From an uncultured delta proteobacterium (GTDB lineage: Bacteria > Desulfobacterota > RBG-13-43-22), in assembly GCA_963843145.1 (NCBI GenBank), contig CAWJJC010000028.1, forward strand, positions 576,001-640,000: a DNA stretch of 64,000 nucleotides, written 5' to 3'. The notes beneath the pieces are model-generated. The model was not told where the DNA came from. It did no database searches and was given only the letters and a program-made list of their open reading frames with translations. A program made the position numbers and the translations under genes. Below, piece after piece: positions 27,445 through 38,038 of the stretch; the first letter of the stretch is position 1; each line of letters starts with the position of its first letter.

Positions 27445-29013
27445 TGGCCCCGGGGGGAGAAAAACAACGGGCGGTTGGGCCGTTATTTGGGACTTTCCTC
27501 CGCTCCCCTCGCAAATACAAAAGCCGGCCTCGGTTCGCTTCGGTAAGGCACAAATAACGGCCTATATTTTAAAGGCATTTGACCCCCTCAATTTCCCCCA
27601 GGGGATGCCCAAGGTACTGCCGGGCGTTCGAGACTGCCGGTGGTCATGCCAGGCGGGGGGCTTAGTTTGGAGGGGGCAGACGCAAACGTCCGGCTGTCAA
27701 AAACCATTTATTTATTTTTCTTGGCTGGTTATAGTCCGTGGTTTTTAACCAACTGTCCGGCAGGTTGGGGGTTTCTTCGCTCGCCTCGGTCATGGCCCTT
27801 GCATTGGTTATGGCGGGCAAGGCCCACGCCCTCGGCTCGCTTAAGCGGTGGTCTGCTTTGATGTTTCTCTGAACCCGCCCCTTCGCCCCGGTACCCCCCG
27901 CCTGCAATTATATGACCACAATCGGGCCGAGCGTTTCCTATGCCCCAACACCCCCTTTACCTTCCCCTCCGCCAGTCGCTTCGGTTCCCTTTCCGGCCGT
28001 CATGGCCTTTGCATTAAGGCTCTTTGCAAAGTCCCCGCCTGCCTCCAAGGATCACCGGCTTCTTGGCGGGTTAAGGTATTGCCAACCTCAAATTTTATTA
28101 GGGGGGCAAGGAAACTCCATCTTTCCGCCTATGGCCGGCGGAAGCGGCCCTTGCCTTCGGCATTGGTCATGATTGGCCTTGCGGCGTCTGCTTCCGCCAT
28201 AAGGCCAAAAGTTGCAGGCCCCTTTTAAAATCGGTATTAAAATATTTCTAAAACATTATTTAGGCCCCCGCCCCGGCGCCGCATTTATTTAAGGCCTTGT
28301 TATTGCCCTCCCGTCCGCCCCCGGGGCTCCCCCTTTTCGGTTGCGTCAGCGTGGCACTGTTAGATTGAAAGCTCGTCGGCCTTTTTAGGATCGAGGCCTC
28401 GCAGTTTCTGGACGGCTTCCACGGCGGCTGGCCGTTCATTTGCCGATTGAATATCAGACCGCTTCATCTTAATCAAAAATAAACCCAGGCCCAGCCTTCC
28501 CAGGTTCCCTCAGGTTCGACGTTCTATTCGGACCACCGGTCTGACGCCTGGTGAAGTACCGAGCATACCAGGCCGGTATTTTGTCCCGACGAAAAAGGAG
28601 AGGGCCAAGATCAAATGGTTTATCGATAAGTTAGGCGAGGAGGAAGAACCCTGGGTGAAGGATATGGTGGGGTTGGCCAAGGCTGTCTTGGAGGGGGTGC
28701 AGTGATCGGTAGATGCCGAGTGTCCAGGAGACGACCTCTTCCTGAACTGTTGTTTGTGAATATTGGACTCGCTATGCATGAGTTCTAACGAGAATCGTTG
28801 ACGGATACTCCCAATTCTCCACCTTTCTTAGGACAAATTTCCCTATTTTCTTATCACAAAAAGGTGTATAGTTCTGGTCATTACCAAGCCAGATTAATTA
28901 AATAACCTATCTTCCAGTTTCACCGCCGCAACCTTAGGGAGGCAGTATGATGGAGGAATTTCGGAAACCCCATTTCTCGGATGAGAGATGGGGTTTTTTA
29001 TTGGGGGTATGCG

Positions 29014-32000
29014 ATGATTTGTCCCAAGTGTCTGTTTGAAAACCGGGAAGGTGTGAAGTTCTGTGAAGAATGCGGGGCAAAGATGGAATTGAGATGCCCT
29101 GGTTGCGGAGCCAAAATCCCATTGGGTAAGAAATTCTGTGGGGAATGCGGCTATCAATTAACTCTGTCGCTGGAGCCCTCTCCGGTGGATTTCTCCGCCC
29201 CCCGATCCTACACCCCCAAGCATCTGGCCGAAAAAATCCTGACCCATCGCAGCTCTATCGAGGGCGAGCGAAAAATCGTTACCGTCATGTTCGCTGATGT
29301 GGCCGAGTTCACTTCTATGTCCGAGAGGCTGGACCCGGAGGACGTTCACCGGATCATGGACGGGTGCTGCCGGATACTGGTCGATGAAATCCACCGCTTT
29401 GAGGGCACAGTCGGCGAATTCCGGGGCGACGGGGTGATGGCCCTGTTTGGGGCGCCCATCGCCCACGAAGATCATTCCCAGCGGGCCTGCCATGCCGCTT
29501 TGGCCATTCAGCAGGCCTTGGTCGCCTATGGTGAGGAAATTAAACAACGTTATGGGATCGATTTCAAAATGCGCATCGGGCTCAACTCCGGCACCGTGGT
29601 GGTGGGGAGTATCGGGGATGATCTGCGGATGGACTACACGGCCATGGGCGATACAACCAATCTGGCCGCCCGGATGGAAAGCAATGCCCAACCCGGCAGC
29701 ACATTGGTGTCCCAGAACATCTACCGACAGACCAAAGAGTTTTTTGAATTCCAGCCCTTGGGGGAGATTCAGATCAAGGGGAAGGAAGAGCCGGTCGAGG
29801 CCTACCAACTCCTAAGGCCCACCCAGGTGCAAACCAGAATCGCCGCTTCCACGGCCAAAGGGTTGACCCGGTTCGTGGGCCGCGACCGGGAGATCGAAAC
29901 GCTCCGGGAGACCTTCGCCAAGGTGGAGTCAGGAGAGGGCCAGGTCATCGGCCTGGTGGGGGAAGCCGGGGTCGGGAAATCGAGACTGCTGCTGGAGTTC
30001 CGGAGTCTTTTACCCCAGGGTGAATATGCCTATCTGGAAGGGCAATGCCTGCACTACGGGGGGTCGATGCCCTATCTGCCCATTTTGGACGTCCTTCGTT
30101 CCTTCCTCGGCGTCAAAGAAGGGGAGCCGGAGCGGGTCATCCGGAACAGGCTAAAGGAAAGGATCCTTGGAATGGACGAGAATCTGCGGCCGATCATTCC
30201 GCCACTCCAGGAACTCTTGTCCCTGCCGGTCGGGGATGAAGTCTATAATAAGCTGGAGCCGAAGCAGAAAAGAGAGAAGACCTTTGAGGCCCTTCGGGAC
30301 CTGCTGATTCGCGGCACCCGGGATCGGCCGCTGGTCCTGGCCGTGGAAGACCTGCAATGGATCGACAAGACCTCGGAGGAATTCCTTACCTACATGATCG
30401 GTTGGCTCCCCCGGACCCGCATTCTCCTCTTACTCCTCTACCGGCCGGAATACGTCCATCAGTGGGGGAGCAAATCCTATTACAGCCTGATCGGGGTGGG
30501 GCAACTCTCCACCGGCACCAGCGCGGAACTGGTGGGAGCGATCCTGGAGGGGGGCGAGGTGGTGTCCGAGTTGAAGGAATTGATCCTCAACCGGGCCGCC
30601 GGAAACCCGCTGTTCATGGAGGAGTTGACCCAGTCCTTGCTGCAAAACGGCTCCATCCGGAAAACGGGCGATCGGTTTGTCCTGACCCGGGATATCGCCA
30701 GTGCCCAGGTCCCGGACACGGTCCAGGGGATCATCGCCGCCCGTATGGACCGGCTGGAGGACAGCCTCAAGCGGATCATGCAGGTGGCGGCGGTGATCGG
30801 GCGGGAGTTTGCCTTTCGCATTCTGGAGACGATCACCGAGATGAAGGAGAACCTCAAATCAGGCCTGGTAAACCTCCAGGGGCTGGAATTCATCTACGAG
30901 AAGAGCCTTTTCCCCGATTTGGAGTACATCTTCCGGCACGCCCTGGTCCAGGAGGTCGCCTACAACAGCCTGCTCATCAACCGGAGAAAGGAGATTCACG
31001 AGAAGATCGGCCGGGCCATCGAACAACTCTATCCCGCCAGACTGGAAGAATTTTGCGAGATGCTGGCCTATCACTATTCGAAGAGCGTAAACCTGTCTAA
31101 AGCCTATGAATACCTCAAGCAGGCAGCCGGGAAAGCCTTCCGAAAAGACGCCCTGTTTGAGAGCCTCCGGCTTTATAAGGAAGCTATGAAAGCAATCTTA
31201 AAGCTGCCCCCAACCGAGGAGAACAGGAAAGAACAGATAGCGCTTGTTCTGACGATGAGTCCTCCCATGAGCAGGATAGGTTATACCGAGGATTATCTCC
31301 CTTGGCTTCAAAAAGCCGAAGCCCTGGCCGAAGAGCTGGAAGACGACAGGAGCAGACTATCCATACGAAGCCTATTGGGGGGGTATTATATTCTCAAAGG
31401 AGGCAATTCAAAACTCGGCTGGGAATACTTAGAGAGTTGCGGCGAAAACCCGGAATTGATCCAGGATAATGAATTCCTGGTCTCCAATGGTTATGACCTT
31501 TGTTCTTTCTCTTTTATTCTTTTCGATTACCAAAGGGTCGGCCGGATTGCCCCGACGATCATTGGCTTGATTGAAAACTCCCAAACGCAAGCCGAATTTT
31601 ATGAAAAGCCTTTCAACCCCTATTCGCAAATTCTCGCGTTTTGGGGTTTCGCTACAGGATTTTTGGGCCATTTAGATAAGGCGGAAAGATTGCTGGAGAA
31701 GGCCTTATCCTTTGTCGAGGAAATCAATCATCGAGCTACCTTAGGTTTAGTACAATGTCTTTATGGCATTTTGCTGGCATTCAAGGGAGACGGGCTTAGT
31801 ACGATCAGGATGATAAAGAAAGCGATCAAAGATCTCGAAGAATCGCAGACCATGCTCTTCGGAGGACAAGCCTGGACCTGGCTGGGATACGGTCATTGGT
31901 TGATAGGGGACTACGGGACTGCCCTTGAGTTCGCCGAAAAGGGGCTCAAAATACATACCGATCTGGGCCTGCCCTTCAGTCTATCGGTATGTCATTGGTT

Positions 32001-32382
32001 TTACGGCCTGGCCCACTACAGTCTGGGCAATCTGGAAGAGGCCGGAGTACAGGCCGAGCAGGCCCTGAAGTGCTCGCTGGCGAATAATGAAAAACAGCAT
32101 CAAGGGACTTCCTGGAGGTTGAAAGGGATGGTTTTGGCCAAAGCCGATCCAGGGCAATTCGAGACCGCGGTAGAGCATATTCGGCGATCTAACACCATCC
32201 TCGAAGAGTTGGGAATGCTACCCTGGTCCGGTTGTGGTTATTTCTCGTTAGGGGAGGTCTATGCCGAATCGGGCCGCAAGGAAGAGGCCTTAGAAAATCT
32301 GAAAAAGGCGGAGACTTTGTTCCGGGATATGGGCATGGATTATTGGCTGGCCAAGGCCCAGGAGGCACTGGCAAAGCTCTGA
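29014..32382 (+). CDS. double Zn-ribbon + class III nucleotide cyclase + AAA/STAND ATPase + TPR protein
   Basis: CPKC..FCEECG..CPGC..FCGECG; VTVMFADV, GDGVMALFGAP, GDTTNLAARME; GEAGVGKSRL; GNPLFMEE; C-terminal TPRs. Confidence 0.92.
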   Translation: MICPKCLFENREGVKFCEECGAKMELRCPGCGAKIPLGKKFCGECGYQLTLSLEPSPVDFSAPRSYTPKHLAEKILTHRSSIEGERKIVTVMFADVAEFTSMSERLDPEDVHRIMDGCCRILVDEIHRFEGTVGEFRGDGVMALFGAPIAHEDHSQRACHAALAIQQALVAYGEEIKQRYGIDFKMRIGLNSGTVVVGSIGDDLRMDYTAMGDTTNLAARMESNAQPGSTLVSQNIYRQTKEFFEFQPLGEIQIKGKEEPVEAYQLLRPTQVQTRIAASTAKGLTRFVGRDREIETLRETFAKVESGEGQVIGLVGEAGVGKSRLLLEFRSLLPQGEYAYLEGQCLHYGGSMPYLPILDVLRSFLGVKEGEPERVIRNRLKERILGMDENLRPIIPPLQELLSLPVGDEVYNKLEPKQKREKTFEALRDLLIRGTRDRPLVLAVEDLQWIDKTSEEFLTYMIGWLPRTRILLLLLYRPEYVHQWGSKSYYSLIGVGQLSTGTSAELVGAILEGGEVVSELKELILNRAAGNPLFMEELTQSLLQNGSIRKTGDRFVLTRDIASAQVPDTVQGIIAARMDRLEDSLKRIMQVAAVIGREFAFRILETITEMKENLKSGLVNLQGLEFIYEKSLFPDLEYIFRHALVQEVAYNSLLINRRKEIHEKIGRAIEQLYPARLEEFCEMLAYHYSKSVNLSKAYEYLKQAAGKAFRKDALFESLRLYKEAMKAILKLPPTEENRKEQIALVLTMSPPMSRIGYTEDYLPWLQKAEALAEELEDDRSRLSIRSLLGGYYILKGGNSKLGWEYLESCGENPELIQDNEFLVSNGYDLCSFSFILFDYQRVGRIAPTIIGLIENSQTQAEFYEKPFNPYSQILAFWGFATGFLGHLDKAERLLEKALSFVEEINHRATLGLVQCLYGILLAFKGDGLSTIRMIKKAIKDLEESQTMLFGGQAWTWLGYGHWLIGDYGTALEFAEKGLKIHTDLGLPFSLSVCHWFYGLAHYSLGNLEEAGVQAEQALKCSLANNEKQHQGTSWRLKGMVLAKADPGQFETAVEHIRRSNTILEELGMLPWSGCGYFSLGEVYAESGRKEEALENLKKAETLFRDMGMDYWLAKAQEALAKL

Positions 32383-32812
32383 GGACCACTGCAATAGCTG
32401 AACTTCTATGGGTCCTCCCGTTTTATATACTTCAAACGATAATTGTTGATTTTTGTGATGGTCTTGGTGAAGGACTTGTAGGTGGAGTCCGGTTCATAGG
32501 CCAGATTAGAGAGCGCGAATCCGAGCACCAACTCCGATCTCCATATTAGTCCAATCGTCCCCAACCATCAGGCCATAGCCCGCAATCTTATCCTCCAGGG
32601 CCTCAGCGAGCACTGGGGCTGGATAGATGAGCAAATCAACATTGATCTGGTGGACGTTGCCGCGTTATATTCATCCGGCCACTTCGTTCTCGGCTGGCTT
32701 GATGACGTTCTGGTCGCCACGGGTGCCTTGATTCCAGGGACAGAAACCTCAATGCGAATTGTCCGAATGAGAGCCGAGACAAACTGTTGGAAATTTGATC
32801 AACACCGTCTTT

Positions 32813-33458
32813 TTAATCTGGTTTTACCTCTGGTGTAATTGCTTCTTTTTCCGCAAGTTCCATAAATCGCTTTACAGCCGAAATTATACGCTCCCGACCA
32901 TCATCTCCAAGATCCTCAATAATTTTGTCAAAATTCTTTTTGATGTCTTTTCCCATCCTCTGAATTCTCTTGTTTTTTATGGCGTCCCCGTGTTTCAGCT
33001 CCCACTCCCGCTGTTTAATAATGGCCTTTCTCAGATTCGTTAGGCTCATTATCTCTTTGGATAGTTGGAGGTATTTGACGCCGGTTTCCTTTTCCTCCGA
33101 GATAATCCTTTTTATCCGGCTCTCCTGCTGATCGGCAATTTCTTCTAACGTGTCCCCCGGGGTTTTATCTTCGTTCTCGGGCTCGTAGGGGTTGGGAAGA
33201 AAGTCATTTCTGCAAGGGCTGGGGTTGATTAGAAGATGCGCAATCCTTCGAGAAAATTTGAGGATCCCTTGGGATATGGAATGGACCGAGGATTGGGCAT
33301 TGATTTGCCAAGCCTCTCGGACATGTTTGGCTATTGATTTGGCGCTTTCTCCATTTTTTAATCGGGTGAAGACCTCATAAATCTGGTCATCTGTTAAACC
33401 CGATATCCAAGTCCGTTCCTTGCCGGCAACAGAGGCTTTTTTCCTTAGTTCCTCGATT
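32813..33458 (-). pseudogene. phage/island-type helical hypothetical protein, 5' end cut by IS21 end
   Basis: long charged AT-rich ORF whose frame runs into the IS21 terminus at 33459. Confidence 0.55.
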
Positions 33459-33554
33459 TGTATATTCCGGACCAAAGTGACCAGTTATTCCGATCGAAAC
33501 TGACCAGTGATTCCGGAGCAAACTGACCACCGATTCCGGCGGGAAACTGACCAA
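33459..33554. mobile_element. IS21-family terminal remnant
   Basis: TG terminus TGTATATTCCGG followed by four ~22-bp-spaced ATTCCG...AAA(C/G)TGACCA repeats; no istAB. Confidence 0.75.
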
Positions 33555-33607
33555 GTGCCGGAGTGGGGGATGTTCGTGCAGAACGTGCACGGCGTTTCAC
33601 TTTTTCA

Positions 33608-34018
33608 TTAGGCTTCGGAAACCCAATTTTCGCACTTGAGATTCGGGATTCTGGAAAATTCTTTGATGTTGTTGGAAACCAGGGTCAGATCCAGACTCAA
33701 GGCGTGGGCGGCTATCAGGGTATCCAGAGGACCGATGATTTTTCCTTTGGATTCCAGAAAGGACCGTATTTTCCCATAACTTTCGACTAATCCTTTTCCC
33801 TGAAAAGGAAGGATGGTCAGGGGCAGCAGGAATTCATCAAGGGCCGCTTGATTTTTATTTTTGTGGTTGCTTTTCGCAACACCATACTGAAGTTCGGCAT
33901 GGGTTATGGATGAAATCCCGAACTCATGAACGGGATACCGTTCAAATTTATGCATAACCTTCTTCGGCTTTTCATTGATGATATAGATGCAAATATTGGT
34001 GTCCAAAAGGTATTTCAT
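33608..34018 (-). CDS. vapC: VapC PIN-domain toxin
   Basis: YLLDTNICIY, AELQYG, DTLIAAHA, SNNIKEFSRIPNL..ENW. Confidence 0.93.
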   Translation of the reverse strand: MKYLLDTNICIYIINEKPKKVMHKFERYPVHEFGISSITHAELQYGVAKSNHKNKNQAALDEFLLPLTILPFQGKGLVESYGKIRSFLESKGKIIGPLDTLIAAHALSLDLTLVSNNIKEFSRIPNLKCENWVSEA

Positions 34019-34254
34019 CACTGGAACAGCGGCCCTCGCTTTTGGGCTTCTACCGGTTGATTTCGCTCGATCTTAAAATCCTTCTCAAAATGGTCCAAGC
34101 TTTTGAAAAGGGTCGCCCAGGACTTTTCTTTGGGCAACAGAACGATCGCCTCCCCTTGTTTCTTGATATATACCTCGGTACCCATCATTCTAAATTCCTT
34201 TGGCAATCTGACCGCCTGGCTCTGCCCATTTTTAAACAGTTTTGCCGTTTTCAT
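34018..34254 (-). CDS. vapB: VapB (AbrB-type) antitoxin
   Basis: KLFKNGQSQAVRLPKEFR; TGATG coupling with vapC. Confidence 0.93.
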   Translation of the reverse strand: MKTAKLFKNGQSQAVRLPKEFRMMGTEVYIKKQGEAIVLLPKEKSWATLFKSLDHFEKDFKIERNQPVEAQKRGPLFQ

Positions 34255-34280
34255 GGCACCTCTCCATCCCTTTCACTGTC

Positions 34281-34321
34281 AGTCTATATTCAAAGTATAG
34301 ACTTATTGATTCGTTTGTCAA
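34281..34321 (-). promoter_or_regulatory. vapBC promoter with operator palindrome
   Basis: TTGACA-N16-TATACT on the minus strand overlapped by AGTCTATA-N7-TATAGACT. Confidence 0.7.
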
Positions 34322-34351
34322 GCGGTTTATCAGCATTTTTTGACCTATTAA

Positions 34352-34509
34352 CGGTCTCATAATAGAACAGACTATCTCGATGTTCTCTTATCGTCATTCC
34401 CGCAGCGCTTCCGGGCGGGAATCCAGCCCCGGTCTGGTACGATTCTGGATCCCCGACAAAGACACTCGGGGATGACAGTCGGTGGTATGTACAGACAATT
34501 ATGAGACCC
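34352..34509. mobile_element. MITE with TTAA flanks containing a REP (34393-34476)
   Basis: TTAA-C-GGTCTCATAAT...ATTATGAGACC-C-TTAA. Confidence 0.7.
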
Positions 34510-36850
34510 TTAATAACTTGCCTCGTTTTTGTTCTCTGCGGGTTTTTTCGGGAAAAAGACGGAGAACTCTGTTTCCCCGGAATGGAGGCAGTCTTCGGCG
34601 CTTTGGCAGAAGGGGCAGCGGCTGATCCGACCGGGACACAGATCGCTAGTTCCCGGGGATGAAGCGGCAACGCCGCGAAGTCTGGGTGATTTGAAACCCG
34701 TATCTTTCCGAGAGGATCTTGATGCGGAGCAAATCCGCCCCTTTCCCTCCGGCGTTAAAGGCATAGGGGCGTTTGGAGGAGTAGTCCATCACCTCCTGGG
34801 TGGGGTAAAACCCTTCAAAAAGCCGCTTCTGGTTTTCTTCGGTAATCCCTTGTCCGTAATCGTGAATCCGTAGGAGCGCACCGTCTCCCTGGCGCCGGAT
34901 CAGAATTTCAATCGTTCCTTCATCGGGCGTATTCTCGACGGCATTGCGCAGTAAACCGTCAAAAACCTTTTGGAAAATCTCCGGGGGAAACAGGATGGAG
35001 GTATCGGGCTCCAGCGTGGTGCTGATTTTCACCTGGCGGTGGGAGAACTCCGGTTCCAATTGCCGGAGCCGTTCCCTGACCCGGCGATCAAGAACGATTT
35101 CCTCGGCGACGGCCTCCCGAGGGCCGTAGAGGCGGTCAATGTGTTTCTTGATTCGTGCGTACAGACTTTCCTCCCCACTGTATTCCACGGCCACCGACGC
35201 CAGTTCCTCAGCGCATTGATCCAGAAGGAGGGAAAGCAGGCCGGCCGTCTTCAAAGGGCGTTCACTCATAATGTCTTCAACCTGATACTGGATCTCCAGG
35301 ATTCGGTCCAGGTTTCGTTTAATTCGCTCCACGGCCGGCTTCCAGGCTTCTTCCCGCAGAGAGGTATTTTTTTGTGAGAGGAAACGAAGGGAGCTGGAGA
35401 GGATGGCCACCGGGGTGGTCAGTTCGTGGGATAAATGATTGATGGCTTTATCTTTGGCCCGATTGAGGCTCGTGACTTCCCGGTAGGCCTTTTGGAGTTC
35501 CAGTGTTACCCGGGCATTTTCGATGGAGAGGGCCACGGTCCCGGCGATCATACTTAATAGCTCCAGGTCTTCCTGAATAAAAGCCCCCTCCTTCTTGTTG
35601 ATGGCGCAAAGGGCTCCGATGATGTGGTCCACCGATTTCAAAGGAACCAGGGCCAGCGTCTTGGTTTGATACCCCAATTTCTTGTCCCGCTCCGCGTGGA
35701 GTTCGAGGTCCTCGGAGGGGTCCGCCACGATCAGCGGCTCCCCGGTCCGGATGACCTTGCCGGCCATCAACCCGTTTATAGGGAAGCGGCGCTCCTTCAC
35801 TTTCTTATCCCTCAAGGCTTCATCAAAGGCGGCGCCGGGGAAATACAATTCCTGCTTTTCTTCATCCAGCAGCGTAGTGACCGCCCCCTCGCTCTGGAGC
35901 AGGGTTTTCACTTCCTCGTTGACGTAATCCAGGAGGTCTTCCAGGTCCGGATAAAGAGGCAGCGCTCGACTGATCCGCAGCAACGCCTCGTTGGTCCGGG
36001 CCATCCGTTTTTCCCGGGTGACATCCCGAAGGGTGACGATCTGGCCGGCCGGCTCATCCGGGGATAATGAAAAAACCGCCGCCCGGATCACCACGTCCAA
36101 AAGGCGGCCGTCCTTGGTCAGACGCTGGGCCTCGTAACGCATAATCACCCGATCGTACAAAAGCCGCTTGATGTTTTCGTCGGTTTCCTGTTTCAGATCG
36201 GCCGGCACATAGGGTATTTTTTTCCCTTCCAGTTCATCGAGGGCCCAGCCGAAAATTTCAGTAAAGGCCGGGTTGAGATAGGAAACCAGGCCGTCCAATG
36301 TAAAAACAACAATCGGGTAGGGTTCAAAGTCCAGGAGCGCCCTCAACCGTCTTTCGGACTTTTGCAGTGCCCGCTCTGATTTTTTTCTATCGGTAATATC
36401 TTGGAGGGTCTCGATGGCCCCGTTGACCCTTCCCTGGGCGTCATGCAGCGGGGCAGCGGTAAAAAACAGCCACTTTCCGCCCGTGGATAAATTCGGGAAA
36501 AAGTCTTCTACCTCATAGGCGCCTTCGATCAGGGATGATTTCTTGCATTTATCGGCATAATGCTGGGCAATCTCCACCTCGGTGCCTTCTTGGACGATAT
36601 AATCGGCCAGAGTCGGCCGGTGGGTCGGGTAGAAAGCCTGCCACTGGTTCTGGGTCCCGATGAGAGATACCGCCGAAAGGCCGGTCAGGTTTTCGAAGGC
36701 TTTGTTGCAATGCGTAATACAATGCCGATCGTCAATCACAAAGGCGGCGATGGACAGCCCTTGAATAATCTGGGAAAGTCGTGCCTTACTCGATACCCTT
36801 GGGGTTGATGGGAGGCCCGCGAACAACGATGTTTTTTTCTTCCTGGGCAT
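34510..36850 (-). CDS. PAS-PAS-GAF sensor histidine kinase, frameshifted near 34650
   Basis: PAS x2, GAF, H-box LSHELTTP, N-box RNAVENT, DYGQGI, GGKGADL; C-terminal ...TEFSVFFP strand lies in another frame. Confidence 0.85.
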
Positions 36851-37539
36851 TGAAATAGGTCGCCCTGACAATTCAATGAATGGGTTCGATCCGGGGGATT
36901 GGCCCATCCCCAGGAACTATTGACTCAAGGAGGAATACAAAACCGGGTCAAATGGTATTACGAAGATAACCCATTGTCAATGCTTAATAAAAAATTAAAA
37001 GGGGTAATAGAAATTTTTGATAGGTATTGGGCGCTTTTCCCTCGATCCAAAGGGAAAAAAATTCCCTACAGGGGATTATTTTGGCTAAGTTATTGAATTT
37101 TGAATTATAAATTGTGTCAAGGCCATGACAGACCCTGTAGGATAATCAATACAAAATTAACAGTCGGTAGGAAAAAAAACGGACCATATTTTTTAAAGAT
37201 TAACTAAATCAATAACATATAAAAAATGTCATATCTTGCATAAAATTTGCATAACTATTCTGTAAATATCTTAATCAGGGGGGATGGGGCATGTTCTTAT
37301 TCATTTTGGGTACTATTTTAGGATGCTCGTTAGGTATGGTTTTCGTAGCCCTGCTTATGAAATCCAAGGAAACGGACGAATCAGCCTGTCAGGCCCTTCG
37401 GGAGGCGCCTATTATGGCCGAGGAAAACTTGGTCATCACCCGGTAGCCTCCTCCATTTTGGGATTTATTTGCAATTGTCTGGGAATCCCTAGGATGATAG
37501 ATTGGAATAAGATCAAATCATCGAAGGAGGGACTAGACT

Positions 37540-37974
37540 ATGAAAAGATGGATCGCTGGGGGGATCGGAATCCTTTTTTTCCTGGGGATGGGTATAAGGG
37601 AGATGGGGGTGCAGGCCGGCAACCATTTTCCTGTGGGCGAAATCCTGGCTAAAAAGGATAAGGAAAAAGAGGATAAAGGGCTAAAAAATAAAGAGGAAAA
37701 GTTAGAGGCCAAAGAAAGAGAACTGAATTCCAGAGAAGAAGCGCTAAATAAGAAGGAAGAAGCGCTGAATAAGTGGGAAGATAAACTCAAAAAGCAAGGC
37801 CGGAGATTCCGCCGAGGGGTTCAGCAGGGAGCAGGCGCCGGGCTTCAGCAGACTCCGGGAGCGCCTGCGGTATTTTCCCCGAGAACAACCATCCCTAAAA
37901 CCCTGCCGCAGTCGAATATGGCGGCCCCTAAAAACCCCCCACCCCCGACCGCAACAACTCCACCCCGGCAGTAA
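37540..37974 (+). CDS. exported coiled-coil/Pro-rich hypothetical protein
   Basis: AAGGAGG RBS, signal-like N-terminus, heptads KEEKLEAKERELNSREEALNKKEEALNK. Confidence 0.7.
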   Translation: MKRWIAGGIGILFFLGMGIREMGVQAGNHFPVGEILAKKDKEKEDKGLKNKEEKLEAKERELNSREEALNKKEEALNKWEDKLKKQGRRFRRGVQQGAGAGLQQTPGAPAVFSPRTTIPKTLPQSNMAAPKNPPPPTATTPPRQ

Positions 37975-38038
37975 ACCTCACCGTCCCTTTAGTACGAAAA
38001 TAGAACCCGGCGCCACTCGGGCATTCATCAATAATTAA

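Noticed and set aside
27478-27562. attC-like hairpin
   Set aside because: Core sites are in the wrong order (GTT first, AAC last) and there is no cassette ORF
27640-28228. Short ORFs in the hairpin-rich segment
   Set aside because: No clear RBS, Pro/Arg/Gly-biased, mutually overlapping
33459-33554. Regularly spaced short repeats resembling a mini-CRISPR
   Set aside because: Period is only ~22 nt, there are no real spacers or cas genes, and a TG terminus fits IS21-type ends
37237-37254. sigma54 -24/-12 promoter
   Set aside because: TTGCATA-AAAT-TTGC lacks the invariant GG
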